20,000 bases of DNA from Malacoraja senta (GCA_038087875.1 JAXLNO010000675.1:61917-81916); one strand, 5' to 3'; numbered from the stretch's first letter, positions 9,174 through 20,000 are shown. Numbers and translations are program-made. The notes: generated by a model from the sequence alone, not told the origin.

Positions 9174-9756
9174 ACACTTTATCCGTTTATTTATTCACGT
9201 GTGCATATATTTATATAATGGCATATGGACACACTGATCTGTTCTGTATTCACGCCTACTATGTTCTGGTGTGCTGAAGCAAAGCAAGAATGTCATTGTC
9301 CTATTAGGGACACATGACAATAAACTCTCTTGAATATGAACTTGATATTTCTGCCAGTGATAAGCAATGTCTTAGCAATGCTTTTCAACCATTTATTCCA
9401 TTGCATATTTTCAACTGCGCGCTTCACTCAAATCTAAATCATAAAGTCACATAATGTGTTCACAGCCCCGACTCCTACATGTCCCGCCATTGAACAAGGA
9501 CCTACAGGCAACATTCGTTTCAACGTGCCCAGCATTCCCATTAGCTCATCCAGGTGCTACCACTCATCGACGTATCTTAAACGGTCAAATCAGCCGAACA
9601 ACACGCACGTCTTTCAAATGTCGGAGGATCTCTGGTGTACCCATGAGGTCTCAGGGAGAGCATTCAATCTCAACACTATCAGCTCTACGTGTCCGGATTG
9701 AAACAGGGGCTCCGTAGTTATTTGCCAGCAGCTCTACAATTTCCACCAATATGAAG
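9174..9756 (+). repeat. Right arm of the inverted repeat (Rex1 3' UTR plus ~410 bp of downstream flank)
   Basis: Matches 7797-8378 inverted and ~15454-16026 directly. Confidence 0.97.
9573..9750 (-). mobile_element. Degenerate tRNA-derived SINE (HE1-like) in the Rex1 3' flank
   Basis: Reverse complement of the 7805-7980 SINE-like segment. A third copy lies at ~15855-16020. Confidence 0.6.
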
Positions 9757-9924
9757 TTTATTTTCCAGTTACTTAGCGGTTTCAGTGAGTTTATTCATTT
9801 CAAGTGAATAGTTGGGCTTCATGTGATTGGCACTATCCTGAAGTGTTCCATATTAACGAGAGTTGAACAAGGTGATTGATCAAGTCCCCTGTATGTACGC
9901 GTTCGTTTTTGAAGATGGAAGCCA

Positions 9925-10090
9925 AAGGTTGTTGAGGGAACAGCTGAGGACGGCGGATATATGGATTTCAGCAAGGTATTTGCCAAGGTAGGTGTGGTCG
10001 GCTGCTGGGAAAGGCTACATCGCATGGGATCCAAGGACAGCTAGCCAAATGGATAGAAAATTGGTTTCATGGAACGAAAGAGGATGGTGT
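9925..10090 (+). mobile_element. CR1-like RT internal fragment
   Basis: TATATGGATTTCAGCAAGGTATTTGCCAAGGT encodes YMDFSKVFAK, and CATGGGATCCAAGGACAGCTAGCCAAATGGATAGAAAATTGG encodes HGIQGQLAKWIENW. Confidence 0.75.
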
Positions 10091-10134
10091 ATTGTCTCCG
10101 TGGTTCCCGGGTCCAAGTCGTCTGAAACCGAGTT

Positions 10135-10690
10135 CAGATCATAGAGCCATAGAGCGATAAAGTGTGGAAATAGACTCTTCGGCCCAACTCGCCCACACCG
10201 GCCAACAATGTCCCAGTTACACTAGTCCCACTTGCCTGCGCTTTGTCCATATCCCTCCAAACCTGTCCGATCCATATACCTGTCGAACTGTTTCTTAAAC
10301 GATGGGATTGCCACACTTGCCACGCCTCCAGACACTTGAGACTCTCTCCACACTCGTCCCCTGAACTATTAGAAGTTACACCTGCATTTAATCTGCACCC
10401 CTATTTTCACACTTGGTATAACTATCTGAGATCATCACCAATTGTGTGCCGACTAATCAGTTCTGCATTTGTCAGTTCGATAGCAGTTCTGAGTTCTGTC
10501 GTTTCCAGGTCTGTGTCGTTGTGTTCCATTCGCGTTTGGATTTGGGGTTTTCTTCAGTACCTCGCGGTGAGCCTGCATTCGAATCCTTTCCATTTGTGAG
10601 CCTGTTCCATTTCTGAGCTTGTTCCATACACCCACCACATTTTGTGTGAAAAAGTTACTCCTCGGATTCCAATTAAACCTTTTCCCCTTC
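10135..10690 (-). mobile_element. CR1/HER1-like 3' end fragment, interrupted by ~300 bp of unrelated sequence (~10313-10610)
   Basis: Minus-strand tail GAGTTGGGCCGAAGAGTCTATTTCCACAC..CTCTATG repeats at 10135-10200. The CR1 C-terminal coding remnant (TTTTTCACACAA..GTGGTGGGTGTATGGAAC) is at ~10615-10690. Confidence 0.75.
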
Positions 10691-10702
10691 TATGTATTAA
10701 CT

Positions 10703-11520
10703 ATGAAGTTAATACATAGAAGTGCGAGGTGTTGTATGTTGGGCAGTCTATTAAGAGCAGGACCCCCACAATGAACGGCAGGGTTCTGTGGAGTTTTCAA
10801 AGGCAGAGGAATATAGGGGCATCTGCGCACATTTCCTTGAAACTGGCATAACAGGTAGATAGTGTGGTCAAGAAGGCTTTCGGCATATTGGCGGTAATCA
10901 GTCAGAGTATTTAGTATAGAGATTCGGCGGTCATGTTACAGTTGTATAAGACATTTGTGAGGCCCCATTTAGTGGATTATGTTTAGTTTTCGTCACCCTG
11001 TTATAGGAGTGTTATTGTCCAGCTGGAAAGGGTGCAGAGGATATTTACGAGTATGTTGCTTGGACTCAAGGGCCTGAGCTACAAGAAGAGGTTGAGCAGT
11101 CGAGGACTTTACTCCTTGGAGCGCAGGAGGATGGGATGATCTCATAGAATTGAACAAGATTATGAGAGGTATTGATCGGGTAAATGCGCAGGCCATTTTG
11201 TACAGCGTAGGGGAATCGAAACCAGAAAACATAAGTTTAAAGTAAGGGGGAGAAATTCAATGGAATCCTAAGAGGTAACTTTTATATTCAAAGGGTTATG
11301 GATATATTAAATGTGCTGCCGTAGGAATTCATTGAGGCAGGTACTATCATAAAGTTTATGAGACATTTTGACAAGTATAGATATGATAGGTACTGGGGCA
11401 ATCATAGGCAGGTGGCCACTGGTGTGGATGGGACATGTTTGTCGGTTTGAACATGTTGTGCCGAAGGGCCTGATTCCACGCTCTACGGCGATATGACTAT
11501 CACACTATGAGTCTATGACA
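10703..11520 (+). mobile_element. CR1/HER1-like LINE 3' portion, decayed
   Basis: Remnants of KCEV, VVKKAFG, LYKTFVRPHL, LERVQR, GLSYKKRL and YSLERRR. 3' tail GCCGAAGGGCCTGATTCCACGC..CTATGA repeats at ~11460-11520. Confidence 0.88.
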
Positions 11521-12376
11521 ATGGCCATGAATACCTGAACCTATCCCTATCTCATGTGGATCAAGACTTTAATTATACTATTCTTAAATGTCCTGTTAAT
11601 TCCCTCCGCTTATCCAGAACGCTGTGGGTGGTGGTGAATGTGAAATTGCCGTTTCATCCTAACAAGATACAAGCTTCCGTCCTCTGCAAAATGCATTCCT
11701 CGGTTGGAGTCTAAATGAAGAGGGACTCCCCTATCCCGGGAATGTTTATTTTTCTAGGATCCATGGCACGTTTGCAACTGGGCTACTGCATGGGAATGCC
11801 TCCACCCAGCGGATAAATTGTTCAAAATTTACGAAACAGCACCTTTAATTTAGAGACAAGAGCAAGGTCCAGTAAAATTTACCTGCATATATTTGTAAAC
11901 AGGCAATGCACACTCCGCCATCTGCACATCAACTGTTCGATACTGCCATTAACTTACCTGCTTCTGGGAGCCGCACTGTATTATGCAGAGGTTGTAAAAT
12001 TATGGTCCCACTCAGTGTGATGGCTTCTAAGACTTATAACGGCATGTCACGCAGGCGAGAACTTGAGCACATCAATGCACCCAGCCACCACTGGACATTA
12101 CTGCGTGGCACAGTATGCCACTGGCCTCATTGCTTCCATGCTTTTATGTTACTTTTGACGTAGAGCAACTTTATTCAATGTCATAGCACAAATGGAAGGG
12201 TTTCGGCAGATTTGTGAGCCCAGAGCTTGAGATTTTAGCGGGCATACTTGATATTTGCAAATTCCCAAGTGTGCTCTCACCATAGTGGGCTGAATTCGCG
12301 TTTCGTTCCCCTGGAAAGACCCTGCGGAGGTTTTACCAATTCAAATTAATTTTCCACAGAATTGTTCCCGTAATTA

Positions 12377-12957
12377 AATGATACAATGATACAATGATAC
12401 AATTTATTTGTTGTCATTTGAACCTAAGTTCAAACGAAATTTGGTTTCTGCAGTCATACAAACAATTAAAAAGAACCAAGACACAACACAATTTACACAA
12501 ACATCCATCACAGTGAATCTCCTCCTGACTGTGATGGAAGGCAAAGTCTTGTCTCTCCCCTGCACCCCCATTCTCCTCCCCATGTCAAAGTCAAAGCCAA
12601 AGCCCCCGGCGGGCCTTGGTAAGTAAGTCCCGCGGCCATAAAGACCGCGCCGGGCGATGCAAGGCCGCGCTCTGGGTCTTGATGTTGGAGCCCCCGGCGG
12701 GCGCTAGCAAGCCCCGCGGCCATTTAAAACCGCGCCGGGCGATGTAAGGCCCTGCTGCAGGACATCTTCAACCCCGCAACTCGGTCGGCAGAAGTTATCG
12801 TTGCGGGAGCTCCGAAAAGCGGTCTCCCACCAGGGACCCGCGAGCTCCCGATGTCACCGTCCACCGGGCCGGCGGCTGGAGACTCCGAATCTCCGGGGTC
12901 GGGCCGCAGCAGCGCGCCACTACAGCTCCTCCCGTTCCGAACTCGGCCAGCTCCGCG
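12377..12957 (-). mobile_element. GC-rich non-coding, non-autonomous retroposon-like element with a LINE-type tail
   Basis: (AATGATAC)3 tail at 12377-12403, minus-strand AATAAA next to it, hairpins at 12417-12434 and 12504-12538, and a CpG-rich body with an ~88-bp internal duplication (12601-12670 and 12689-12752). Boundaries against AT-rich flanks are sharp. Confidence 0.65.
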
Positions 12958-13631
12958 ATATACCCAATACTGTTTTATTTTATACTGTTCTGTTATCAAT
13001 TGGGACAGGTTCAGAATACCCTGTTACATTTCCTTAATGTTAAAGGATCCACTTGCAAATGACTTTAATCCTATTCCAGCATTGCCTAACACATGATGCA
13101 TTATATATCTTCCACTCGCTGCTTGTCTGAAATAGAGAATAGTGTGTCTACTATTGCCATGCGCCGATGGGCACAGAGTGCACAACTCATAATACACGTA
13201 TCCTTCGGATTAGTTGCTGCCAGCCTCTTTCAATGGATCTTTTTACATTTTAGAATAATTACCTTAAAAACATTTTGGATCGGACGAAATTGACAAGCGT
13301 ATTATATTGCATGGACCCGCATTTGGTTCTCACCTGACACATGCTGAATTTCAAGCACAATAAATATTTGCATTCTTGGAGAGAGGAATCCTGCCTGTTT
13401 ATTTACATTTTACAAGACAAACACTGGGAATACATCAGAGCAAGCTTTTCCAAGAGAACACAAACTGAAAATCAGTAATTCAAAGTTCCTGACCAAAATA
13501 ATTACACTCTGTGGAATTGCATTGTTGTTAACAAAAAATATCTATGAAACACCAATTCCGAAATAATCGATTTCAAATTTCTAGTGTACGCTAATTATAA
13601 TATTCGTAAATACCAATTTATTTCTGTAATT

Positions 13632-13732
13632 TTTAGTTTATGGTTTAGAGATGCAGCGCGGAAACAGGCCCTTCGGCCGTCCGAGTCAGCACCGACCAGC
13701 GATCCTTGCACGTTAACATTATCTTACACACA
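13632..13732 (-). mobile_element. HE1-like SINE 3' end fragment
   Basis: Minus strand GATCGCTGGTCGGTGCTGACTCGGACGGCCGAAGGGCCTGTTTCCGCGCTGCATCTCTAAAC..AAACTAAA shares the CR1/HER1-type tail seen at 4420 and 11460. Confidence 0.75.
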
Positions 13733-14215
13733 ATTGTGTGACTGATCTGTCGTTGAATCTAGCTTTACGTTGTGCCCTGTCGCCCTTTTAATCATTGTTC
13801 AGATCGGGAGATCACCAAACAAATCTTCGTCAAGACGCGGTGCGATTCCGACACATATCCGTTTATTCAAGGACTGAACAGTACATATTGGGAAACACTT
13901 TGAATGGATTCAAAACTTTGAGTTTACTGCCATTTTTACCTACAGGTTGTTTAATGGCTCGCGACACAATGGTTATATGAAGATTTCATGTTCTAGAAAT
14001 ATGTCATCAGTGATCAAAGTTTCCTTGCAGTCTTTCATTCTTGTTTTAGATCTGTCGGGGTTATCTCGAACATTCTGTTTCCTGATTCACCCGATTATCT
14101 GGCAAATGCGTGTCATAAAGCGACACCACTTTTCTCATGATCAGCCCTATGTTTCGGTCTACTTCAGCCAACTAGACCTAGTAATCTAAACCTTTCCTAA
14201 AATTGTTTATATATT

Positions 14216-15624
14216 CTGCTTTAAAAGGGCATCAATTATACCGGTGCCCAAGAAGACCAAGGTGTCGTGCCTCGATGACTATCGACCAGTGGCACTAACG
14301 TCGGTGAGGAAGTGCTTTGAGATGTTGATCATGGCGCAAATCAGCTCCTACCTCGACAGAAACCTGGACCCACTGCAGTTCTCCTACCGCCACAACAGAT
14401 CAACGGTGGATGCGATTTTGCTGGCTCTCCATTCCGCTCTGGACCACTTGGACAACAAAAACTCGTATGTCAGGCTGTTATTCATTGATTATAGCTCGGC
14501 ATTTAATACAATCATCCCCTCCAAGCTGGTGACCAAACTCGCAGAACTCCCTCTGCAATTGAACCCTTGACCTCCTCATTCACAGCCCACAGACTGTTCG
14601 TATTGGTGGAAATGTGTCAGCCTCGATAACAATCAGCACGGGAGCACCTCGTGGCTGCGTGCTCAGCCCCCTGCTTTACTCATTCTATACTCATGACTGC
14701 GTAGCCGCTCTTCGCGCGAATACATCATCAAGTTCGCTGACGACACCACTGTTGTGGGACGTATCACTGATGGAGATGAGTCAGAGTAGAGTAGTGAGAT
14801 GGACCGACTGACCAAATTCTGCCAGCACAATAACCTGCCCCTCAACACCAGCAAAACCAAGGAACTGATTGTGGACTTTGGAAGGGGTAGGATGGGGACC
14901 CACTGTCCTGTTTATATCAAGGGGTCGAAGGTGGAAAGGGTCAAGAGCTTCAAATTCCTGGGCGTGCATATCTCTTAAGATCATTCCTGGTCCGAGAACA
15001 CTGATGCAATTATATAAAAAGCACATCAGCGCCTCCAATTCCTGAGAAGATTACGGAGAGTCAGTATGTCACGGAGGACTCTCTCTACCGTTTACATGTG
15101 CACAGTAGAGAGCATGCTGACTGGTTGCATCGTGGCTTTGTTCGGCAACTTGAGCGCCCTGGAGCGGAAAAGACTACAAAAAGTAGTAAACACTGCCCAG
15201 TCCATCATCGGCTCTGACCTCCCTTCCATCGAGGGGATCTATCACCGTCGCTGCCTCAACAAGGCTGGCAGCATCCTCAAGGACCCACACCATCCTGGCC
15301 ACGCACTCATCTCCCCGCTACCTTCAGGCAGTAGGTACAGGAGCCTGAAGACTGCAACGACCAGGTTCAGGAATAGCTGCTTCCCCACAGCCATCAGGCT
15401 ATTAAACTCGGCTCGGACAAAACTCTGAACATTAATAGATTATCTGTTTATTTGCACTTTATCCGTTTATTTATTCATGTGTGTATATATTTATATAATG
15501 GTATATGGACACACTGATCTGTTCTGTATTCACGCCTACTATGTTCTGGTGTGCTGAAGCAAAGCAAGAATTTCATTGTCCTAACAGGGACACGTGACGA
15601 TAAACTCTCTTGAACATGAACTTG
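14216..15624 (+). mobile_element. Second Rex1/Babar copy, 5'-truncated RT pseudogene with frameshifts and stops
   Basis: ORFs 14244-14570, 14614-14811 and 15066-15428 match the 7430-9148 protein. It retains the ~90-bp STGAPRGCVLSP segment missing from the first copy. Confidence 0.93.
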
Positions 15625-16073
15625 ATATTTCTGCCAGTGATAAGCAATGTCTTAGCAATGATTTTTAAACCATTTATTCCATTGCATATTTTCAACTGCG
15701 CGCTTCACTCAAATCTAAATCATAAAGTCACATAATGTGTTCACAGCCCCGACTCCTACATGTCCCGCCATTGAACAAGGACCTACAGGCAACATTCTTT
15801 TCAACGTGCCCAGCATTCCCATTAGCTCAACCAGGTGCTGCCACTCATCGACGTATCTTAAACAGTCAAATCAGCCGAACAACACCCATGTCTTTCAAAT
15901 GTCGGAGGAACACTGGTGGTCTCAGGGAGAGCATTCAAACTTAACACTATCATCACTACGTGTCTGGAGTGAAACAGGGGCTCCGTAGTTATTTGCCAGC
16001 AGATCTACAAGTTCCACCAATATGAAATTTATTTTCCAGTTCCTTAGCGGTTTCAGTGAGTTTATTCATTTCA
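15625..16073 (+). repeat. Direct duplicate of the flank at 9345-9802
   Basis: ATATTTCTGCCAGTGATAAG...GAGTTTATTCATTTCA is colinear with 9345-9802 until cut by the L1 poly(T). Confidence 0.95.
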
Positions 16074-19000
16074 TTTTTTTTGTGATATAAATTTTTATTA
16101 GAAGCAAACATATTACAATGTAGAGTAACATATTATAATAAAAGAAAAAACGTTTCATATACATCAATCACATACGTTATTAAATGTGTCAATTGTCAGT
16201 TAATTCTGCTTCTAGTGTGTTTTTTTTTATAGATACAAAAAGAAAAATAGAGAGAAAGAAGAAAGAAGAGAGAGAAAGAAGAATTACAATATCAAAAAAG
16301 AAAAAGAGGTGGAATGAATAACTTATAATACGTCATAGGAGATAAGTTCGTAGGTTATGAAATATAATTACATCTAATCCTGAGTTCAAGCTTCAGTCGG
16401 GCTTTCGCGCTGGGCCACTCTATCCCTTCAAATAGGCAATGAATGGAGCCCATATTTTAACAAAAAGTTCTTGCTTGTCCATTAAGACAAGTCTAATTCT
16501 TTCTAGATGTAGGGTCTCCGACATTTCCACAATCCACATTTTAATTGTGGGGGTTGTAGGGCCTTTCCAGAATTTTAATATTATTTTTTTCCCTGTTATT
16601 ATACTGTAGTCAAGGAAGTTTCTTTGGCTTGTTGTGAGTGTTAAACTTTGTTCTGATATCCCAAGTATTATTAATTTTGAGTCTTGAGCCAATTTGGTAT
16701 TAACAACTTCAGAGATTATTTGAAAAATATCAGTCCAGTAATTTTTAATTTTTATACAATTTGCAAAGGCATGTGTTAAATTGGCCTCTAGGTGCAGGCA
16801 TTTATCACATATAGGAGAAATATGTGGGAAAATTCTATTTAGTTTTATTTTGGAATAATGTAATCTGTGTAAGACTTTAAATTGTATTAAAGCATGTCTG
16901 GCATTTAACGAACATTGATGTATATGTTGTAAACTTTCTTCCCAAATATCTTTCATAATAGGATAACCTAACTCATTTTCCCATTTATGTCTATATAGTT
17001 CCATCGGTGGTTCCTCATTATTTAGGAGAATGTTATAAATATAAGCTATTAATTTTTCAGTGTTAGGATGCTTATTCAAACATTCATCAAGAATTTCTGG
17101 TTCCCTAGTCCTATAAACTTGTGTATTGGATTTAACATAATCTCTAATTTGTAAATATCTGAAAAAGTTATTTGAGTGTAGTCCATGATTCTGTTGTAAC
17201 TCTTGAAATGACAGAAAGATGCCTTCCCTATAAAGATGTCCAATCCTTTTAATTCCATGATATTTCCATTGTATAAAACCTCTATCCAATATGGATGGCT
17301 TGAATAGAGGATTATTTACAATGGGAAGACATAGTGGTATATTATTCAGTTTTAAAGCCTTTTTTAATTGTTTCCAAATTCGTATTCCACTATGTATTAT
17401 AGGGTTTTCCTTATAGGTTTTTTAATGCAATTTTGTGATAGCAAATATAATCGAACCTATTTCAAAAGGTAAACAGTCTTCCTTTTCCATCCGTAACCAT
17501 TCTGGTTGTTGGTCCATTTCTTCCAGCCAGAAATTCATGTTTTTAATATGGACTGCCCAAAAATAAAATAAGAAATTCGGCAAGGCCAAACCTCCGTTGC
17601 TCTTTGACTTACATAAATGTTTTTTACTTATTCTATGATTCTTATAATCCCAAATAAAGCTTGTAACAATGGAGTCGACTTTTTTGAAAACGTTTTTTGG
17701 AATATATATCGGAATTAATTGAAATAAATATAGTAGTTGCGGTAAGAAAATCATTTTTATAGCATTAATTCTACCAAGCATTGAAATAGGAAGTGTTTTC
17801 CAGTACTGAATATGTTTGTGTAATTTATTAAGTAAGGATGGAAAATTTTGTTTAAATAAAGAGGTATATGCCTTAGTTACATAGATTCCTAAATATTTAA
17901 ATTTATCTTTAACTATTTTAAAAGGGGATTGTTGTATTGTATTTAAGTTGAATTTTGTTATTGGCATAATTTCACTTTTATTCCAATTAATCCTATATCC
18001 TGAGAACTGACCAAATTGTGTTATTAGATTTAATAGATTTGGAATACTAGTTTCTAACTTTGTAATATATATTAATACATCATCTGCATATAAGGAAATT
18101 TTATTCCTTGTATCTCTAGTGTTGTATCCATGTATTCCTGGATGGTTTCTAACCCTTTCTGCTAATGGTTCAATTGCAAGAGCAAATAATAGTGGGGATA
18201 GTGAACATCCTTGTCTACAACCTCTAGAAAGAATAAATTTGGCTGATAACATTTGATTTGTTAATATTCTAGCTGTTGGATTAGAGTATAACAATTTAAC
18301 CCATGTACAGTACTCCTCTCCCAATTGAAATTTTGGGAAAATAAATATGTCCATTCTACCTGGTCAAATGCCTTTTCAGCATCTAACGAAATAATTGCTA
18401 GATCTGCATTTCGAATTCTATTTGTACATATAATATTGAATAGTCTTCTCAAATTATAAAATGAGTAACGTTTTGGAATAAAACCTGTTTGGTTCGCGTG
18501 TATTAATTTGTTAATCACCAAGCTCAATCTATGAGATAGGATTTTGGTTAATATTTTCTGATCAGTATTTAAGAGAGCTATTGCTCTATATGGACCTGGG
18601 TCTTCAGGGTCCTTGTCCGGTTTCGGTATAAGTATGATTGTAGATTCATTTAGAGTTTCTGGAAGTTTCTGTTGAGTATAAGCTTGTTTGTAAAGTCTCT
18701 GTAGACGTGGAGAAATCAGATCGTAAAATTTTAAATAAAATTCAGAGCTTAGACCATCAGGACCTGCGGCCTTTCCATTTTTTTTAAAGATCTAATTGAC
18801 TCCTCGATGTCTTTTACCGTAATTTCTACATCCAGTGATTCTCTCTCTTTCTGATCTAAACCTGTAAGATTACATTTCTGTAGAAATGTTTCCATTCCTA
18901 CTGGTTGTTCTGTTGTTTTAGATGAATACAGATTTTGATAATATTGTAAAAATCTATCATTAATATCTTTAGGTAGTGTTAATGTTTCTCCCTTATCTGA

Positions 19001-20000
19001 TCCAATTTTGTAAATTGTTTTTTCCCCTGCCTGTTTACGAAGTTGACGCGGTTATAGTTTTTGTGGTTTATCTCCAAATTCAAAATGTAATTGTTTTGTA
19101 CGTTGATATAGTTTTATTACTTGCTCTGAGTATATCTTGTTTAACTTATATTTCAGTACTGCAATTTTATTGTGTTTTACCATAGATGGTGCTATTGCAT
19201 TTTCTATGTCTAATTGCCTTATTTCCGTTTCCAAAGACTGTTTGGCCCTATTCTCTTTATTAATAAATGATTGGGAGGAGATTAATGCTCCTCGCACAAA
19301 TGCTTTAAATGTTTCCCAACGAAGGGAGGCGGAGATTCCAGGGCTGTCATTAGCCTCGAAAAACATATTAATCTGTTTTACGAGGTATTCATTACATAGC
19401 TTTTCTTTCAAGATTTCGGGGTTAAGTCTCCATTGTGTCTTTGTCTCGGTCATTCCATTTAGTTTAATCATAAATGTTAGTGGAGCATGGTCCGATATTA
19501 TAATATTATGATATTGCGAATTATAGGTAAATGGGATGAGTTTAGAGTCTACTAAGAAATAGTCTATCCTTGAGTAAGTTTTATGCACGGGTGAGTAGAA
19601 TGAGTATTCTCGACCAGATGGGGTTTCAATTCTCCAAACATCCTTAATGTTGGTAGTATTAATATATGAATTTAGGAATTCACTTGACTGAGATTTTAAT
19701 TTTCTTTGACTTGACGATCTATCCAAGTAAGCATCCAGTGTACAATTTAAGTCTCCACCGATAATTAAATTATGTTGTGTACATTCCGGGATAATGTTAA
19801 GTATTCTCTTAAAGAACAGGGGGCTATCAAAATTTGGTCCATATACATTAAGGAGAGTCACTTTTTTGGAGTATAACTCCCCTACTAATACAATATATCT
19901 GCCTTCAATATCTTCTGTCGTTGATATATGTTTAAAGGGTATACCTTTACGAATTAATATTGCAACCTCTATAGATTTATGTGAAAATGAAGAATGATAC
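16074..20000 (-). mobile_element. LINE-1 (L1 clade) element: most of ORF2, 3' UTR and poly(A); continues right of the window
   Basis: APE motifs NVYGPN, IGGDLN, SRIDYF, SDH; RT motifs QTGF, SLDAEKAFD, RQGCSLSP, YADD, KYLGI; C-terminal CDKC..H....C. AATAAA at 16099-16094 followed by an 8-nt A tail at 16081-16074. Confidence 0.96.
16420..20000 (-). pseudogene. L1 ORF2 (endonuclease / reverse transcriptase), disrupted
   Basis: In-frame stops at 19052-19054 and 17422-17424. Frameshifts at the A-run 18778-18785 and near 18330-18345. Confidence 0.92.

Larger units (their letters stand above)
6041..9344 (+). mobile_element. Rex1/Babar-clade non-LTR retrotransposon, rearranged and inactive, with candidate 8-bp TSD ATATTTCT
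   Basis: APE C-terminal motifs (GEFN, DHCYTT, FGKSDH) at ~6500-6660. RT motifs [27 protein letters not shown] (6987-7796) and KFADDT, ending RFRNSCFPTAIRLLN (8377-9148). The 3' UTR has a stem-loop, AATAAA and a CTTGA-like tail. ATATTTCT occurs at 6033-6040 and 9345-9352. Confidence 0.92.

Noticed and set aside
9454..9717. Three near-identical 70-90 aa ORF pairs (7836-8099, 9454-9717, 15735-15988) suggesting a small gene family
   Set aside because: They come from DNA-level duplication of non-coding flank overlapping a decayed SINE. Two overlapping frames are equally 'conserved', and the third copy is frameshifted.
11860..12170. Minus-strand splice-donor-like sites (CAG|GTAAGT near 11958, CAG|GTAAAT near 11883) in non-repetitive sequence
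   Set aside because: No matching acceptor or convincing coding frame was found. A UTR exon cannot be supported from sequence alone.
16235..16310. Purine-rich (A/G) tract
   Set aside because: It is ordinary low-complexity sequence in the L1 3' UTR.
1..20000. Prokaryotic systems (CRISPR array, retron, DGR) suggested by several RTs plus repeats
   Set aside because: All RTs carry eukaryotic LINE signatures (APE plus RT, poly(A) or tandem tails), a spliceosomal intron is present, and there is no regularly spaced repeat-spacer array.

Overview
Eukaryotic, repeat-dominated DNA, most likely from a cartilaginous fish (skate/ray-like, inferred from the repeat families and the receptor type). The only credible host gene is a two-exon class A GPCR of the GPR139/GPR142-like type on the minus strand (exon 1 3671-3590, exon 2 2251-1245, about 362 aa). 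Its last ~40 codons and stop appear to come from an inserted DIRS-like retrotransposon end, and its intron carries a short repeat with a minimal hammerhead ribozyme in the pre-mRNA sense. The rest is nested retroelements: a decayed DIRS gag, several CR1/HER1-like LINE pieces, HE1-like tRNA-derived SINE remnants, a TSD-flanked Rex1/Babar LINE (6041-9344) and a dead L1 (16074-20000). The Rex1 copy is split by a ~580-bp inverted copy of its own 3' UTR plus flank. A second, direct copy of that Rex1 3' half plus flank lies at 14216-16073. All family assignments are from motif recognition by eye; no searches were run.
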